Shown in pieces: positions 11,362 to 25,161 of a stretch of 64,000 bases of DNA; within the stretch, counting starts at the first letter, position 1, and the number at the start of each line of letters is the position of its first letter. A program made the position numbers and the translations under genes. This DNA comes from Schizochytrium sp. TIO01 (Eukaryota > Protista > Bigyra: Labyrinthulomycetes). A model generated the notes under the pieces. That model was not told the DNA's origin, did no database searches, and saw only the letters and a program-made list of their open reading frames with translations. The DNA is taken from positions 372,001-436,000 of the forward strand of contig SMSO01000033.1 in the NCBI GenBank assembly GCA_004764695.1. The letters run 5' to 3'.

Positions 11362-14300
11362 GCAGCGGGACTACTACAAGACGTAGCGATATTCCCACCG
11401 CAGTGCTGGGCTTTACAAGGCTAACGGAATGGATGCCTTGTTGCACTATTTCCTCGATTCAATCGAGCAATTTTAACTTCTAAAAATCGTCAACAATTCG
11501 GTTACAAAGCGTTGAGGTCGAACAAGTACTTCCTAGATCAGAAGCTTTAGGGAATATCCACACGTGAAACCTCTTGAAGTTTCACACACTCAACAAGTCA
11601 AATTCTCTAGCCTTGAAGGAAGAAAGTATCAATTCGAGTAACCACTCTGCACTTGGTCCAAAATATATCTTCACAGGTGAGGCCTTAATATTTAAGAATC
11701 GCAGCCACGAGAAGATCTTCCACTCAATCCTCTTAAAGGTTGAAGAGTTCTTGAAGCAAAGTCAAGAGCCACACAGTTAAAATAAAGGCGAAGTTGAAAG
11801 TGAAGATGAAGACAAATATGAACAAGCCTTCAAATTTCCAAGCTTAATACCGAGCAACCCGAGGTTAGATAAAATCAACGACCGATGTAGCAACCTTCAA
11901 CAACAGCGTGAATGAAAGGAGTCAAGCTAGAGATGGAGAAGCTTACAACCGACTGACTCAGGCGCAGAAATGCACGGCACAGAGGTTCTTTGCCTCTACC
12001 AAATCTGTCTACTGAAAGCTCCTTATCTTCGCCCTTTGCCACGGTGGTTGCGCTGCCGCAGCGCTTTCCGCACTGCCGTCGATCTCGGGCAGGCCGTCCC
12101 CGGCGGGTCGGGGGCTTGTATCGCAGAGCCGCGGGTCTTCGGGGCGCTTCCGTGGAGCGCCGGCAGCCCCGCGTCAAGATCGAGGTGACGACGGGCTGCT
12201 CGCGGCGCGGGGCGCGGCGAGGCTGGGCTTCTGCAAGACTCAAAGCAGCGCCGGTTCTCGCCCCCTTCGCCCCCTCCTGCCAACTCCCGGGTCTGCATGA
12301 CGAGAACAGAGAACAGAACATATTTTGCAGCGGAACAGAACCTACGGGATATAGCAGGCCCTTTTCTCCGCCGTAAGCTGCCACCGAGCTGCCGTCGCCT
12401 TCTGCGATACCGGCGCTGCAGGCGCTGGAGAGGGCGGCAGAGCTGGTGGAAAACCTTCCTTGAGGCTGTGCAGGCAGGGCAGGGCCCAGCGCAGAGGCAG
12501 CGCCTGCGAAGAGCAGGGCCTGCGAAGAGCAGCGCAGGAAGCGCGGCTGAAGGGAAAAATCCTCGCGAGGAAGAGGGAAGAGGCGTTCTTATGGCCGAGC
12601 GGCCGCAGAAGAACGGCAAAGAACAGCTACTAACGAGTGCTATAGAAGCAGCTACGTACATACACGCCCTCTATCGCTTAGTCCCTCAAGTTGCTGTCTT
12701 TTGAATAGAGGGCTGCTAACAGTGTATAGGCAAATACTAAGCCTTGCATAGCTCAGCCTGCTAGAGTTTCGTGTAGCTGGGGCTAGCAAGCGAGCATTTT
12801 GTCTGTTAGTTATGTAGTAGTAGGTACTAGGTATCTAGCTGCTTAATTCCTCACTAGTAGGTCCTACTCAGGTAGTGCTGCCGATAAGTAGTTAGTAAGT
12901 ACGAACGGAGTGAAGAGAGGTAAAGATTGACTGTCATCAAAATAGGGACGAAGTCAGTCCAAGAGAATCTGTTCGTCACTGGTGGAGACATTGTCTTCAG
13001 CGAGGGGGATGCCAAAACCTGGGCTGCTAGCCTGGTCAAGGGGGGTACCTGATTACATTTATGTAAGCTTGGAGTTTGGTTTTTTAAACACAGAAAACAA
13101 GTGAAGGTAACGAGGGGCGATTTGTGGGTCCACATTATTTGCCGGTATCTTGCTTTAACATCTGTCTGATTAGCGCTACACCTGTTGATGGATAATATTT
13201 CGTCAAAAGCCAAAGCCAGCTTATCCAAGGTTTGAGACAGAGCTCTAGACGTGAGCAATTTGTTTAATAAGGTCGTGAAAATGTTATCAATAGGCTCTAA
13301 GCAAACGCTGAGCAACCAGTTGCCATTTTTGCTATTCCACCATGAATCAAAGTGCCTTTTGTTAAAAGTATCACTATGCTGATAGACTAAAGTCTCGTAT
13401 TATTTTTTTAAAGGTTTCCTTATGGTGATGTGTTTAATAACTCAGAGTTGGGATTCAATTAGTACTTACAAGCATAGTAGAAGATGAATTCGTCATAGTA
13501 CTTCTGATTCTCGAATGGCGCAGCCAATCGTTACAAATTATCATCATAATATCTATGGCCGTCCTTCCGTTGTCATAAACATGATCAATTCGCAGTACCA
13601 TTTGACTTATCATATTTTTTCGATGACTTCAGAAAGGTGGCACCCATCAAACATATTGAGATATCCTGTTAATCTATTGTCAAGTGGAGTTTCTGAAACA
13701 GATAACCATTGTTTAAGACGAGTAAAAGTCGAAAGTAAAGTTGTGCACGGGCCATAGTGAGTTAATGATTTAATGATTTATGTCTTGAGTTAATTCTGTA
13801 CCACACTGCGATAAAGAGCTCAGTCTCTTTTAGTTTTGTCTTAGAGATAACCCCCAAAATAAAAAGTAACAACAATAGCATAAACACCCAGACATTCCTG
13901 TTTTGTGATATCAAAAGAAATTTGAGTGTACTGCAATTTCAGGTTACTATAACAAAGACGATTAAATTGCTAAAGAGAATATGCACTTCCCAACATCATA
14001 CTAGTTGCAGCAACAAAAGCTACGAATGATCTAGCATAAAAAGTACCAAACAGGAAAAGGGACTCTCCTACAGTATTGGAGATCTTCACTCTGCTTTGTT
14101 TCTCAGTCATAAAACCCTTCTGGGTAAGGGGTCTCGATCTTTTCTATAAACATGTTGTAAATAGCAGACCACTTCAAGTGTCTACTTCATCTCCCAGTCA
14201 ATGAACAAAACTGCTCCACAAAATCCTTTATCTGCAACACCCTTTTGCATCATGCTGGCATACATTTTCGCGACCGCGCCCTCCCCAGCAGGATAGTAAG

Positions 14301-17300
14301 CGACTCGTCCATGATAAAGATACTATTTACAAGCAACACCAGGCATATACTGATCTGCATCCGCTTTTCGTTCTCCTCAGCGGAAGAATTAGAAACGAGC
14401 TCCTGGAGTTTACTCAAAATACCCAAATGGAACGTTCCACGCAGCGCATGCATTTGTATGGTTCTCTGAGTGTGCATGCTTCGGCTTCGACAGCGCATAG
14501 ACAAGATAGTGGCTATGTACCTGATCGCTATCGATGCGAACGTGCTGCTCAGTATGGTTTTTTCAAAAAGTCTCGGGAGTATAACATATATGCACGAAAC
14601 TATTTTCCGTTGGAATTATTCCCTGCAAAGCGCGTTACGGTACGTTGCAATTTACCAGCTGGTTTATTCAAAAGGTTCTCGACTGCATAATCAACTGCCG
14701 ACAAAAGCTTGGCATTTGAAGATGTGATCATGCCAAAAATCTCAAACAGCTGAGAAATTGTTCATAGGCTTTATTGGAGGAGGAACACGTGTCTTACAGG
14801 CTGCTTTGTGTTGTCAAATAAACGTAGCTCGCTGCACCTGCAAAACGAGACGTGGAAGAACGATTGTCTCGTATCGATTAAAGCGAACTTTCTGACGCCC
14901 CACGAAAGAAAACCAATATGCATTGGGGCGAGCGCGAATTGCTGAAAGTGATCAAATCGTATTATATCGAAGCGCACATTTCGCATAACAGTACTTTGCA
15001 GGATTTATTGCGAAGTCTTTCTTTCCTTAAAGTTATCCGGAGCATTTCGCCAGCTGCCAAGTCCCATTGAGACCTCTTCAACTCGAAGCACAGACTTCAG
15101 ACAAGCGCCACTCATAGACTTGGCCATGATGGCGCGCACAACGGGAACCTCAATCGAGCCTCATAATGCCCTGTCCTAGAGTGTGATACAAGCTTCCACT
15201 TTAGATGGAATGCTTGGCATTCAATATCTATTATAGCTTGTTGACTGGATGGGTGAATGATGCGTGCGGTATTGGTGAGAATTGTTTTGAAGACATTTTA
15301 TATTCCAGACTACTCCTCAGCTTAGAACAATTCAAGTCCAGATGAACTCCATTCTGCAAATCGTGACATCATCGACTATTGCACTCAGCAAGGACAAATA
15401 GTGACAGACTCGATTGCCTCTGAGCTGGCAGCCTGGGTTTTGCGAAGACGGGTATCCTCATAACCTGGTTCCTTCACATTAGATCTTCGGCCTTCGATAT
15501 TTTTGGCACTTTCATCATTGTTTTTCGAAAGCTTTGATTGTGGCCCATCATCTCCACCGAAGGGACTCTTTGTATCTTTGCCAGGCACTTCAACCAACAG
15601 CAGCGGGGGACCCAACCCTCTTGTATCCAGATGCGTTGCGCAGTCCTTATTCTCTTATTCTTCCGTTGAGCGAGACCACCCTGCATCGATTACTGACAAT
15701 AGGGAGAGAGGGAGCCCTAAAAATACAGTTAGTAGGCTCCTAGCGAGGCGGCGGGAGGCCAAAAGGCGTGCTTGCACTTACCCGCAGCTTACACAACCTC
15801 TGGCGCCTCAGGGAAGGCCTCCGTTTGTTGAAAATATGGACTACACTGGCACCAATTCAGTGGTGCCGCATACCAGTGGTGTAGGTGAAAGCTGCGGGAA
15901 AATAAAAATAGCAACCTTGATTTAAAGTTCGTATCTCAGAAAACAGCCGCAAGTTGATCCCCGCACTGCTTAATCTCCTCACATGAATTGACCGCCTTCA
16001 TCACCACACTCACCAGAGGAGCTCCTTTGAGATAGCGATATGCCCACTCCAGTGGTGCCGGAAAGCTCTACTTGAGTGTTTTCTTATGCAAGTTTACCTC
16101 CCAGAAGATCCCTCGTGCGTAACGCTGCGGGCACTTCCTTTATATGACCTTTCTTCTTGCTGCATGGCTTTTTGCCACAGTATCTCAGTCTCTGCGGGGT
16201 CCTTCATCGTCTTTAAAAATTCGTTGTTGCACAGGAAGCTGTGGATTCTTATGCCCCTGGCTGCGCAACAAACCTGTTCTCCACTGGCTTCAATCCCCCC
16301 GTAGAGTTCCAGCGCTGCGGTCTCCAGGGCTTCAGCTGTTGGTCCCACAGTCCCTTCCTCCTTAGAAAAGAGCGAGTATGCGGGTAAACATGTGCAGAAG
16401 AGGGGGTTATTCTGCACTCTGCTAAGGAAACCAAAGCGAAGAATTAGAAAACGCTAAAAACAAGATTAGATGATCCTCCCCCTCTGAGCTTTTGTCCCTT
16501 CTCGCAGATAAGTCTCTTCTCCCACTTTTAGTCTGTCTCCCCTTTCCTCGCATACAGCAGTGGAAGGAAGGAACTCTGTGATCTCTTTTCCCTTAGGAGG
16601 GCGAAAGAAGAGAGAATACTCGACTGTCATGTGAGAGAAAGAGAGCGAGAGGTACTGTGTGAAAGAGGGAGAGAGAGATAAAGACAGAATTAAGAGTGAG
16701 AGAGAGAGGGGAGTACTGTGTGAGAGGTAGAGAAGGCTCCACTCGCTTCGAACGGCAAGAAAGCAGCCACTCAACGTTTTTCCTAAGGGCTTAGTACCTG
16801 GAGTGAGGTTGCATGTACCTGTTTCCTCTGTTTCCTCTGTGCTTTAGAGCCAAACAAAGTCCACCGTCACAAACTCTTTGGTTTTTCCAATTTAGTGAGC
16901 AAACAAAAAGAATCGAAAAACAAGCAAGCAAGCAGGGAAGCATTTCCAATCTTCGAAGATAACAAAAACAGCAATTCTTTCAAACTCAAAAATACTTACT
17001 TATCCATCCCTCGGCGAGCGAGCGAGCGAGCGAGCGAGAGAGAAGTCGGGCAGAAGGAGCGCGCGCTCCAAAACGAGAGAGAGACTTGCTTCCGCTTCCT
17101 CTGTGGAACGCCGGATTGTGCACAGCTTTCAAGTCCGCTTCGAGCTCGAGCTAAGCAGGTCTGCCCTTCTCACAGCCCGAACACAGCAAAGATCGACGAC
17201 GCGAGTACACAAATGCCGTAATAAACGACATCGACAACAATAATAACTGATAACTGCTCTCCCCCTTACTCTACCGCATATCAACCCAAAGGCGCTCCTC

Positions 17301-18437
17301 CAGAGAAGTTAGTTAGTTAGTTAATTAGTTATTGCACCTGCGTCTTTGGAACTAGAAAGCGGTGGGTAGGGGTTCGTTAGTGGCGGCTAGCGGAAACAGG
17401 GGCAAAAATGATTTTGAATTTGAATTTGATTTTGAAGTTGAATTTGGATGTGTTCACTCTCGAGGATGGAGCGAGCTAGCTCTCGACTGCACAGAGATTC
17501 ATTCTGCCGCTTAGGCGCGAAGCCGAATGCGGAGGGCAGAAAGGCGCGTCTTCAAGGCACTGCAGCAGACTTGAGCGTGGGAAAGGCGAGTGAGGCAGCA
17601 AACACTCGGCACTCTTGCGAACAAATTCAAACTTACTTCTGATCACTTTTTCTATTGTTTTGACCCCTCTTTCTTGAAAATTAGTCGATCGTAACAATCA
17701 ATGAATAAATAAAAACAAAAGAACAACAGCGGTGTCTGTTTAGTTTCATCCGCCCCGTCCTAGGATTTTATGGTAGCTGGGAGTAGGAGGTCCTTATCGA
17801 AGGCGGAAAACCGCTCTGCCCCGCTCTCCTCAGCCCTGGTGAATCTGTCCCCTCTGGAGGGGAGTTTGACCAACTGGTGGCGGCTCGCAAGCTGCCCCCC
17901 ATGCGCCTGGCCGTTTGCGGCCTGAATCGAAGGAAAAGAGAGCCTCTCGAGAAGGTAGGGGGTTAGATAACAAATAGAGATCGCGACCGCACGCCGGCTT
18001 CCCCCTCTCGTGAATAGGCAGCAGACTACTGGGGGGAAGTCTGCGGCAATTGTGAGGAGCGCCAATTTCCAGTGAAGCTGGGAGTGGGTCGGGCGAAATG
18101 TCCTAGCAGAGCAATGTGAGGGCATTCCGGCGCAATGAAAGAACGCCCTCCCTCACCCACAGTGCACGTTGTGCGGCATGAAAGCGCGAAGACAAGCGGT
18201 ATGATGTGAGGAGAATGGTGAGGAGAGAAAAGGTAATTGTAACAAAGTTCCCAGTGGCGAGAGAGAGGCACTGCGGGAAACAAAGAGAGAGGAAGACTGA
18301 GGAGGAACAGAGGGAATGCTGGGTTCAATTTAAAAGAATGAAGAAGAAGAGGTTCACCAAGGCAATGCAAATTCAAATTCAAATTCCATCGTCGTCGCTT
18401 CCGCAGACAAGCACAGACTTCTACACCTTTATACACA

Positions 18438-19537
<1,100 letters not shown>

Positions 19538-21938
19538 ATAAATTGTTACACTTCCCCCCCCCCCTCCGTGCAAAATATTATCCCGAAACATTTTCAACTT
19601 TTTTGTCTTTTCTATACTTTTAAACTTTCGATTGATCTGTCTAGACTTGAGTTACTGTGGAAGCATCACACAGATCACTATGGGGATGATTTATGTCTGT
19701 CGCTGCACCGATTAGCGTTGCTACTGCGTATTAATGTATGATGATCCCCTATTCGAAGGTGGCATGTCTCGAAAGCAACAGTAAGTGGGACTTGTAAATT
19801 GTCCCATACGTACTCATTCAAGTCCAAGCAACCTTGTGAGGACGAAGGAGTCTTTAGAGATATTTCCACTCGAGGAAGCCTTGAATTCAAGAGACAGAGG
19901 AAGATTGATTTGAGAAAACTTGTTTTAAAAGTTGCTTCTGCTAGACAATATTAGTTTGGTAGAATGTATTTTTTTGTTTTCTTTTTTAGTATAACTGAAC
20001 GTCTTGATCAGTGACTCCTAATATAGTTTGCCACTAAGAATCCTACTTTACTATGATATATTCCTTGGTAGACGTTTCAATATACCAAGTAAACAGAGAG
20101 AAAGACATGAACCCTTTCTTCCGAGTTCCCCGAAATTGAGTTTCACTTATGGTGACACATTTCCCAAAGAGTGAATATCGGTTATGAGGACGCGCATTTG
20201 GAATTCGCATTGATTTAACCACCCGAAGTCCCATTCCTAGTGGTGCCATCTCCACAACAAATTATTCTTTAGTAAAAAGGGAAGAACTAAATAACAATTT
20301 TTTGCGAAAGAATCATATAACTAAGAGTCGAGCAAGATTCCACCGAGCATTCGCGTAAAGTACATCATGAAACACTGAAATTAGTTGAACAATATATGAA
20401 CCATGTTAACTGATTTTAGTAGAGCCGCAAGGAAGTATAACATCCAGAGAAAGGCAAATTAGACTTTTCTTAGATATGTATGTACGCGTCTATTATTAAG
20501 ACTTGATGGGCGGCCATCATTATGCTTACAATATCGCAGTCTGTAACGCTGATACTTGAAGTATTGCCGAACTTCGTTCAACTTAAATACAAAAACACAT
20601 CAAGTAAGTAAATATGAACTCTTGTTGGGGAAAATCAATGGGCTCTGAAACCGACATCATTCCGTTGTAAGCAAAAGCTCGCTATGATTTTGGGCCATCT
20701 TGTTGCTACAATGGCCTGTTAGCGTTCATGCAAAGGCAAAGTGGTTTACCAATTAAGCCAATAGCACGGAATGGACGTCACTCTTCAAGATCCCTACATA
20801 TTATGTCCTACGCAAACCTTTGCTTCAGAAACTATTCCCAAAGTCTCTTCACCTGAAATTATAAATACAGTCTACTTTAATCCCGAGGCATATTATGATA
20901 CTTGGGCGCACGCAATTTATTTTCTCGTATTCTATATTACGAGAGCATACACAACAGTGAAAGCAGTTGCTAATCATCGCTCTCAACAAGAAATATTGTG
21001 TGCTGAATTCATGAAAATGGACTACCCATCGGTGAACACTATGTGTTCCCAGTAGGTACGTGATTCCTATTACGGCATGAGAGCGCTGTTTACTAGGTCT
21101 CACAAAGCTGCAGAGCAAATTGTTCCTTATTGACAATTTCTTCCAAACTTGTATTACACTATTCATGCAATCCTGCTCTCATGAGAGCGGCCATTGATAA
21201 TAGCTCTTGCCCGCTCTCAACAGATCCTCAGAGCTGTTATTAAAAGTTAGTTGCGATGCGACCGATGGTTGGACCTTTTTTTAGGTCACTTCTGGAAAGG
21301 TCTCGACTTCAATACTTTAGATCGTGAACTCCGGGCTTTCAGGTACGTCTACCGCGTTCACAAGAGCGAAGCCGCACTGAGAGGCAAAGCACAGCAGTGC
21401 CTTGCTAACTACTACCATCGCTCCATCACGGGCTCATCCGTATTATGGCCCAGTGCCGCGCTCAGGACGGATGGAATCGGCACGATGGTTAGTTACTCTC
21501 CTTTCTCACTTCCCTTAGGAGTTGCATATCCTTTGCTACGGTAGCACGCTCCCTCCGAGCGAGCTCCTGCAGCTCGTCCCGTCCAATGACGGTGTCTCTG
21601 CAGCCGCCCTGGTTGTCTTGGGCCTTGTAGCAGATATGGTCGAGGCTTCTCAGCCTTGCCAAGCACCCTGGGCAAGGCTTTTAGACTAAGGATGTGGCGT
21701 GGCAACAGACAAAGGAGAAGTGCTGAGTGCGTTTCGCAAAACTTCTACTTATCTGCTGCTTCATTGAAGGAGTTGAGATTGTGCATCGTGAGACTCCAAA
21801 GCTGAATTGGCGTTTTTGTTTTGTAGCATGACGAATAACAGGTGGGATGATCAGTATAACTGACTTTTGTGTTTCTTTCTGTTTGTTTATTGTTCTGAAA
21901 AAACAGCATATAAATCGAAGACTTAATTCTTTGCAATC

Positions 21939-22443
21939 ATGGCCGACGCTGTCAAGAAGGAGGGTGTTAAGGGCGAGACCCTTCAGGTTAAGGTATGTGA
22001 GAATAGATTTCATCAGTGCGAAGCAGCGTAATTATCGCTTATGTTGAGAATTCTTGCTAACAGGTTCCTCATGTTTGATGTTATCGATGCCATTAAATCT
22101 AAACAGGTTCGCGACCAGAACGGCGAAGAGACTGTCTTCAAGATCAAGACCACCACCCGTATGTCCAAGGTTTTTGATGCCTACGCCACCCGCAAGGGTG
22201 TTGAGGCCAGCCAGCTTCGTTTCTTCCTCGACGGTGAGCGCATTAACGGCGACCACACCCCCGCTGATCTGTAAGTTTAAGTCAATAAAAGCTCGTGTAG
22301 CTCTTGATCGTGCATGGGGTTTCCATCCTAACTAACTAAATGTGGGTCTTCATATTTTGCTTTCCTCTCTTCTATTCTACAGCGAGATTGAGGACAACGA
22401 TCAGATCGACTGCATGATCCAGCAGCAGGGTGGTTGCTGCTAA
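21939..22443 (+). CDS. SUMO: SUMO precursor, 92 aa; join(21939..21992,22107..22270,22383..22443)
   Basis: Spliced translation MADAVKKEGVKGETLQVK-VRDQNGEETVFKIKTTTRMSKVFDAYATRKG...LRFFLDGERI..TPADL-EIEDNDQIDCMIQQQGG-CC*. Donors GTATGT and GTAAGT, acceptors CAG, and phases join correctly. Confidence 0.95.
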
Positions 22444-24256
22444 ACTAACTCTTTTCTTTCCACAATTAAGATCATGAGTTTCACCCGCTGTTTGTGTTTC
22501 GGTATGGGAACACCTTCACACTTTGCATGCATTCGTATATACCTTTCCATTAACTAAGTAAGGACCATCCTTTAATTGTCTTTTTGTTTGATAAATCTAT
22601 TCAACTTTTTTCTTGTGACAACTTCTCTAACCCCAAAAAGAATTAAACAGATATGTTGGAATTTCTGTGCAACTGAGTTATCCCATCACATGTAACGGGC
22701 TTCCTTATCATTGACCGTGTCAAACATTCGCATTCTTTTTCAGAACCCCACTCATGTTGCTTTAGACTGTCTAGAATATAGTACAGCATGTAAACCGTTC
22801 ACGCATTCGCGACCACAACTTTGATCGAGAAAAGCGAATGGTCTTAGAGCAATCATAGCTCAAATCAAGGTTCAACATTTGTCCCACCAGATCTTGCCTT
22901 TTTAACAACTCATTTGATTGTCTTCGCCGTTAATTTTCAACAGCTTGAGGTGGCTACTCAAGAAGACAATTTATTGAGATAGTTACCTTGTTGATCCGTG
23001 ATCTTAGTGTAGTCGGTTTAAATAATTTGTCAGATCAATTATCAAGGTATTGCAAAGACCACAACCCGCCCACTAACTCCGATGATCCCAGAAAACACGA
23101 TAAGGTTTTCTCGCGCGCCAGCCAGCCAAGTCTGGTGCGTTCCTCAACGGATCCGAAGTCATCGATTAAGGTGCCTTATTAAACTCCGGTTCCATCAACC
23201 CATTGGTGCGGCGGTTCTTGCCAAGTTCTGTACTGAGGTGCCTCCTAACCGCCCACTATATGCATTGCTATTCGTTCTTTTTCCTGTTAAAAGACTTTGG
23301 AACTCACAGGGAGAGAGGGGAGGATCTTCTTAGATTATATGAGGTAGGTAGGTACGACTAAATAGTTTGGAGATGGAAACGAAACGAAAAAACAAACAAC
23401 AGAAAAGAGAAAGTCATGAGCCGCAACAACAGCGACAAGTTGATCAGCCAGGAATCTAGACGACATAGGGAAGACATAAAGGAATCGTAGGTTGTTTGAG
23501 GCGACCTTTGCGTCGGGATCCCAGCTTCAAATATATAAGATAAATGCGAAAGCCAAGACCGAGTACCGGAATGTCATGTATGATACTGTTGAATATTAGC
23601 TCCAAGCGATGTGGATAATCATAAAAATAGTAAAGAAAATGTGAACTGAAGAAAAACAATGAAGACAGGAAAATACTTTTTTTCAGTCGAAACATTGAGC
23701 CTCCAAATCCAATCTCGGAAATGATTGTCAGCAGCTCTGGACGGGGGTCGTTCTCAGATTTCAACTTAGAGTCCTTTTCCTCGTCGCGAGGATTCATAGT
23801 GAACATCTGTGTTTTTAATGTCAACTTTCCTGTGTCATAGATTTGGTCCTCAGTTCGTTTGCCTTGGTCATTTCCATTTCATAAAGTTGCGATTTCGTTA
23901 TCCTCGCTTGCAAGTCCTACTAAAACTCGCCCCAGCCGACATGTCGTTCTCCGAGCTCGAGATAGTCGCTGGGCCCGGCAGCGTGAGACATTCCGACGAA
24001 GAAACCACTGATTGCCCAGGATAGCCTGCTCGATCCGACAGTCAACTCTGATGGTTCTGATCGCCGGCTATCCACATTTGATCAAATCATAACTCGCTCG
24101 TTTAGCCCTACTTAGGCTATTTAATATTGAGAATTATAACAACTATTCTTCTTTTCACCTCATTCACTCTCTTTGTATGGTAAAGAAGGAAATATGAACA
24201 ACTAAGTAAAGAGATAAAGAAATAAGTAAAGAAATAAAGAAATAAGTAAATAAATA

Positions 24257-24257
<1 letters not shown>

Positions 24258-24306
<49 letters not shown>
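24258..24306. repeat. (GAAA)n microsatellite, preceded by degenerate A-rich repeats
   Basis: Tandem repeat seen directly. Confidence 0.9.
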
Positions 24307-24307
<1 letters not shown>

Positions 24308-24897
24308 GAAGAAAGAGAGAGAAATTAATAAATATGTAAACAAACACACAAACAAAGAAAGCAACAAATATTGCCCAATTACTGTTCACGCTCTTCTGTA
24401 ACGAGATTTGGTTGCATACATACTCCGCGGCGGAGCGTGCGGGACGCGTGGAGCCTCTCAGGCAGTCCTTCTAACGCCAGGCAGCCTCGAGGAACTCGCG
24501 ACCGAGCCTTATCCCCGCCCGACCCGCACGCCAGACCTCGGTCGCGTGGGGAACCGGGTCGAGCTCGAGAGCGAGAGGAGTTTCTTCAAGTCGAGGTTTC
24601 ATTGATCTGGCGATTGATTGTTTTATTTCTTTTGTTGTTTTTGTTGTTTGTTGTTTGTTGTTTGTTTGTTTGTTTTTTCGCTCTTTTCAAAAAACTGGCA
24701 ACTGCATCCAAAGCCCGCTGCGAAGGCGCTTGGGCCGACAACTCGCGCGGGAGCTTGGCCCTCGCGCCGAGCTTGTGCCCGAGAACCTCTGTGTGGAGAG
24801 AACACAGGCTCCCACCAATCAGCCAGCAAGCTCGCAGCAGCTTGCACCGCCGCGCCGTTGGAAGCGCGCTGCTCAACGTCGCTGCTCCTGAGAACTG

Positions 24898-24904
<7 letters not shown>

Positions 24905-24933
<29 letters not shown>
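24905..24933. repeat. (TA)n microsatellite
   Basis: Tandem repeat seen directly. Confidence 0.9.
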
Positions 24934-24936
<3 letters not shown>

Positions 24937-25161
24937 CAAATATATACAGGAGGATATATATACAGAAGGGCGTCATATTTTAACGCACGGTTTTCAGACG
25001 GAGACAGGCAAGGCAAGCGCGGACTCTTCTGGGAAAGACAAATTCCTGCAGAGCTAGTGTAGCTGTAGAGCCGTCTTTTCTTTGATTACGGCAAATTTTG
25101 GTCGATTTGCTGTAAGGAATTCGTAGATTGATTGTCAGAATCTGCGTTGGTCTTAGGCAGG

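Noticed and set aside
11875-12704. Cluster of overlapping 130-210-aa ORFs
   Set aside because: GC-rich island upstream of PP2C (probable promoter or 5' UTR). ORFs appear in several frames with Arg/Ala/Pro-rich, non-protein-like composition.
18020-18045. CAGACUAC and GGAAGUCUG resembling RNase P CR-V and CR-I
   Set aside because: Wrong order and adjacent; explained as a simple local hairpin.
22051-22063. Alternative acceptor GCTAACAG in SUMO intron 1
   Set aside because: Use would add 43 nt and frameshift SUMO; more likely the branch-point region.
24371-25057. 228-aa ORF upstream of the MAK kinase
   Set aside because: Non-ATG start, and it runs through TTTG and TA microsatellites; better explained as UTR or intron.
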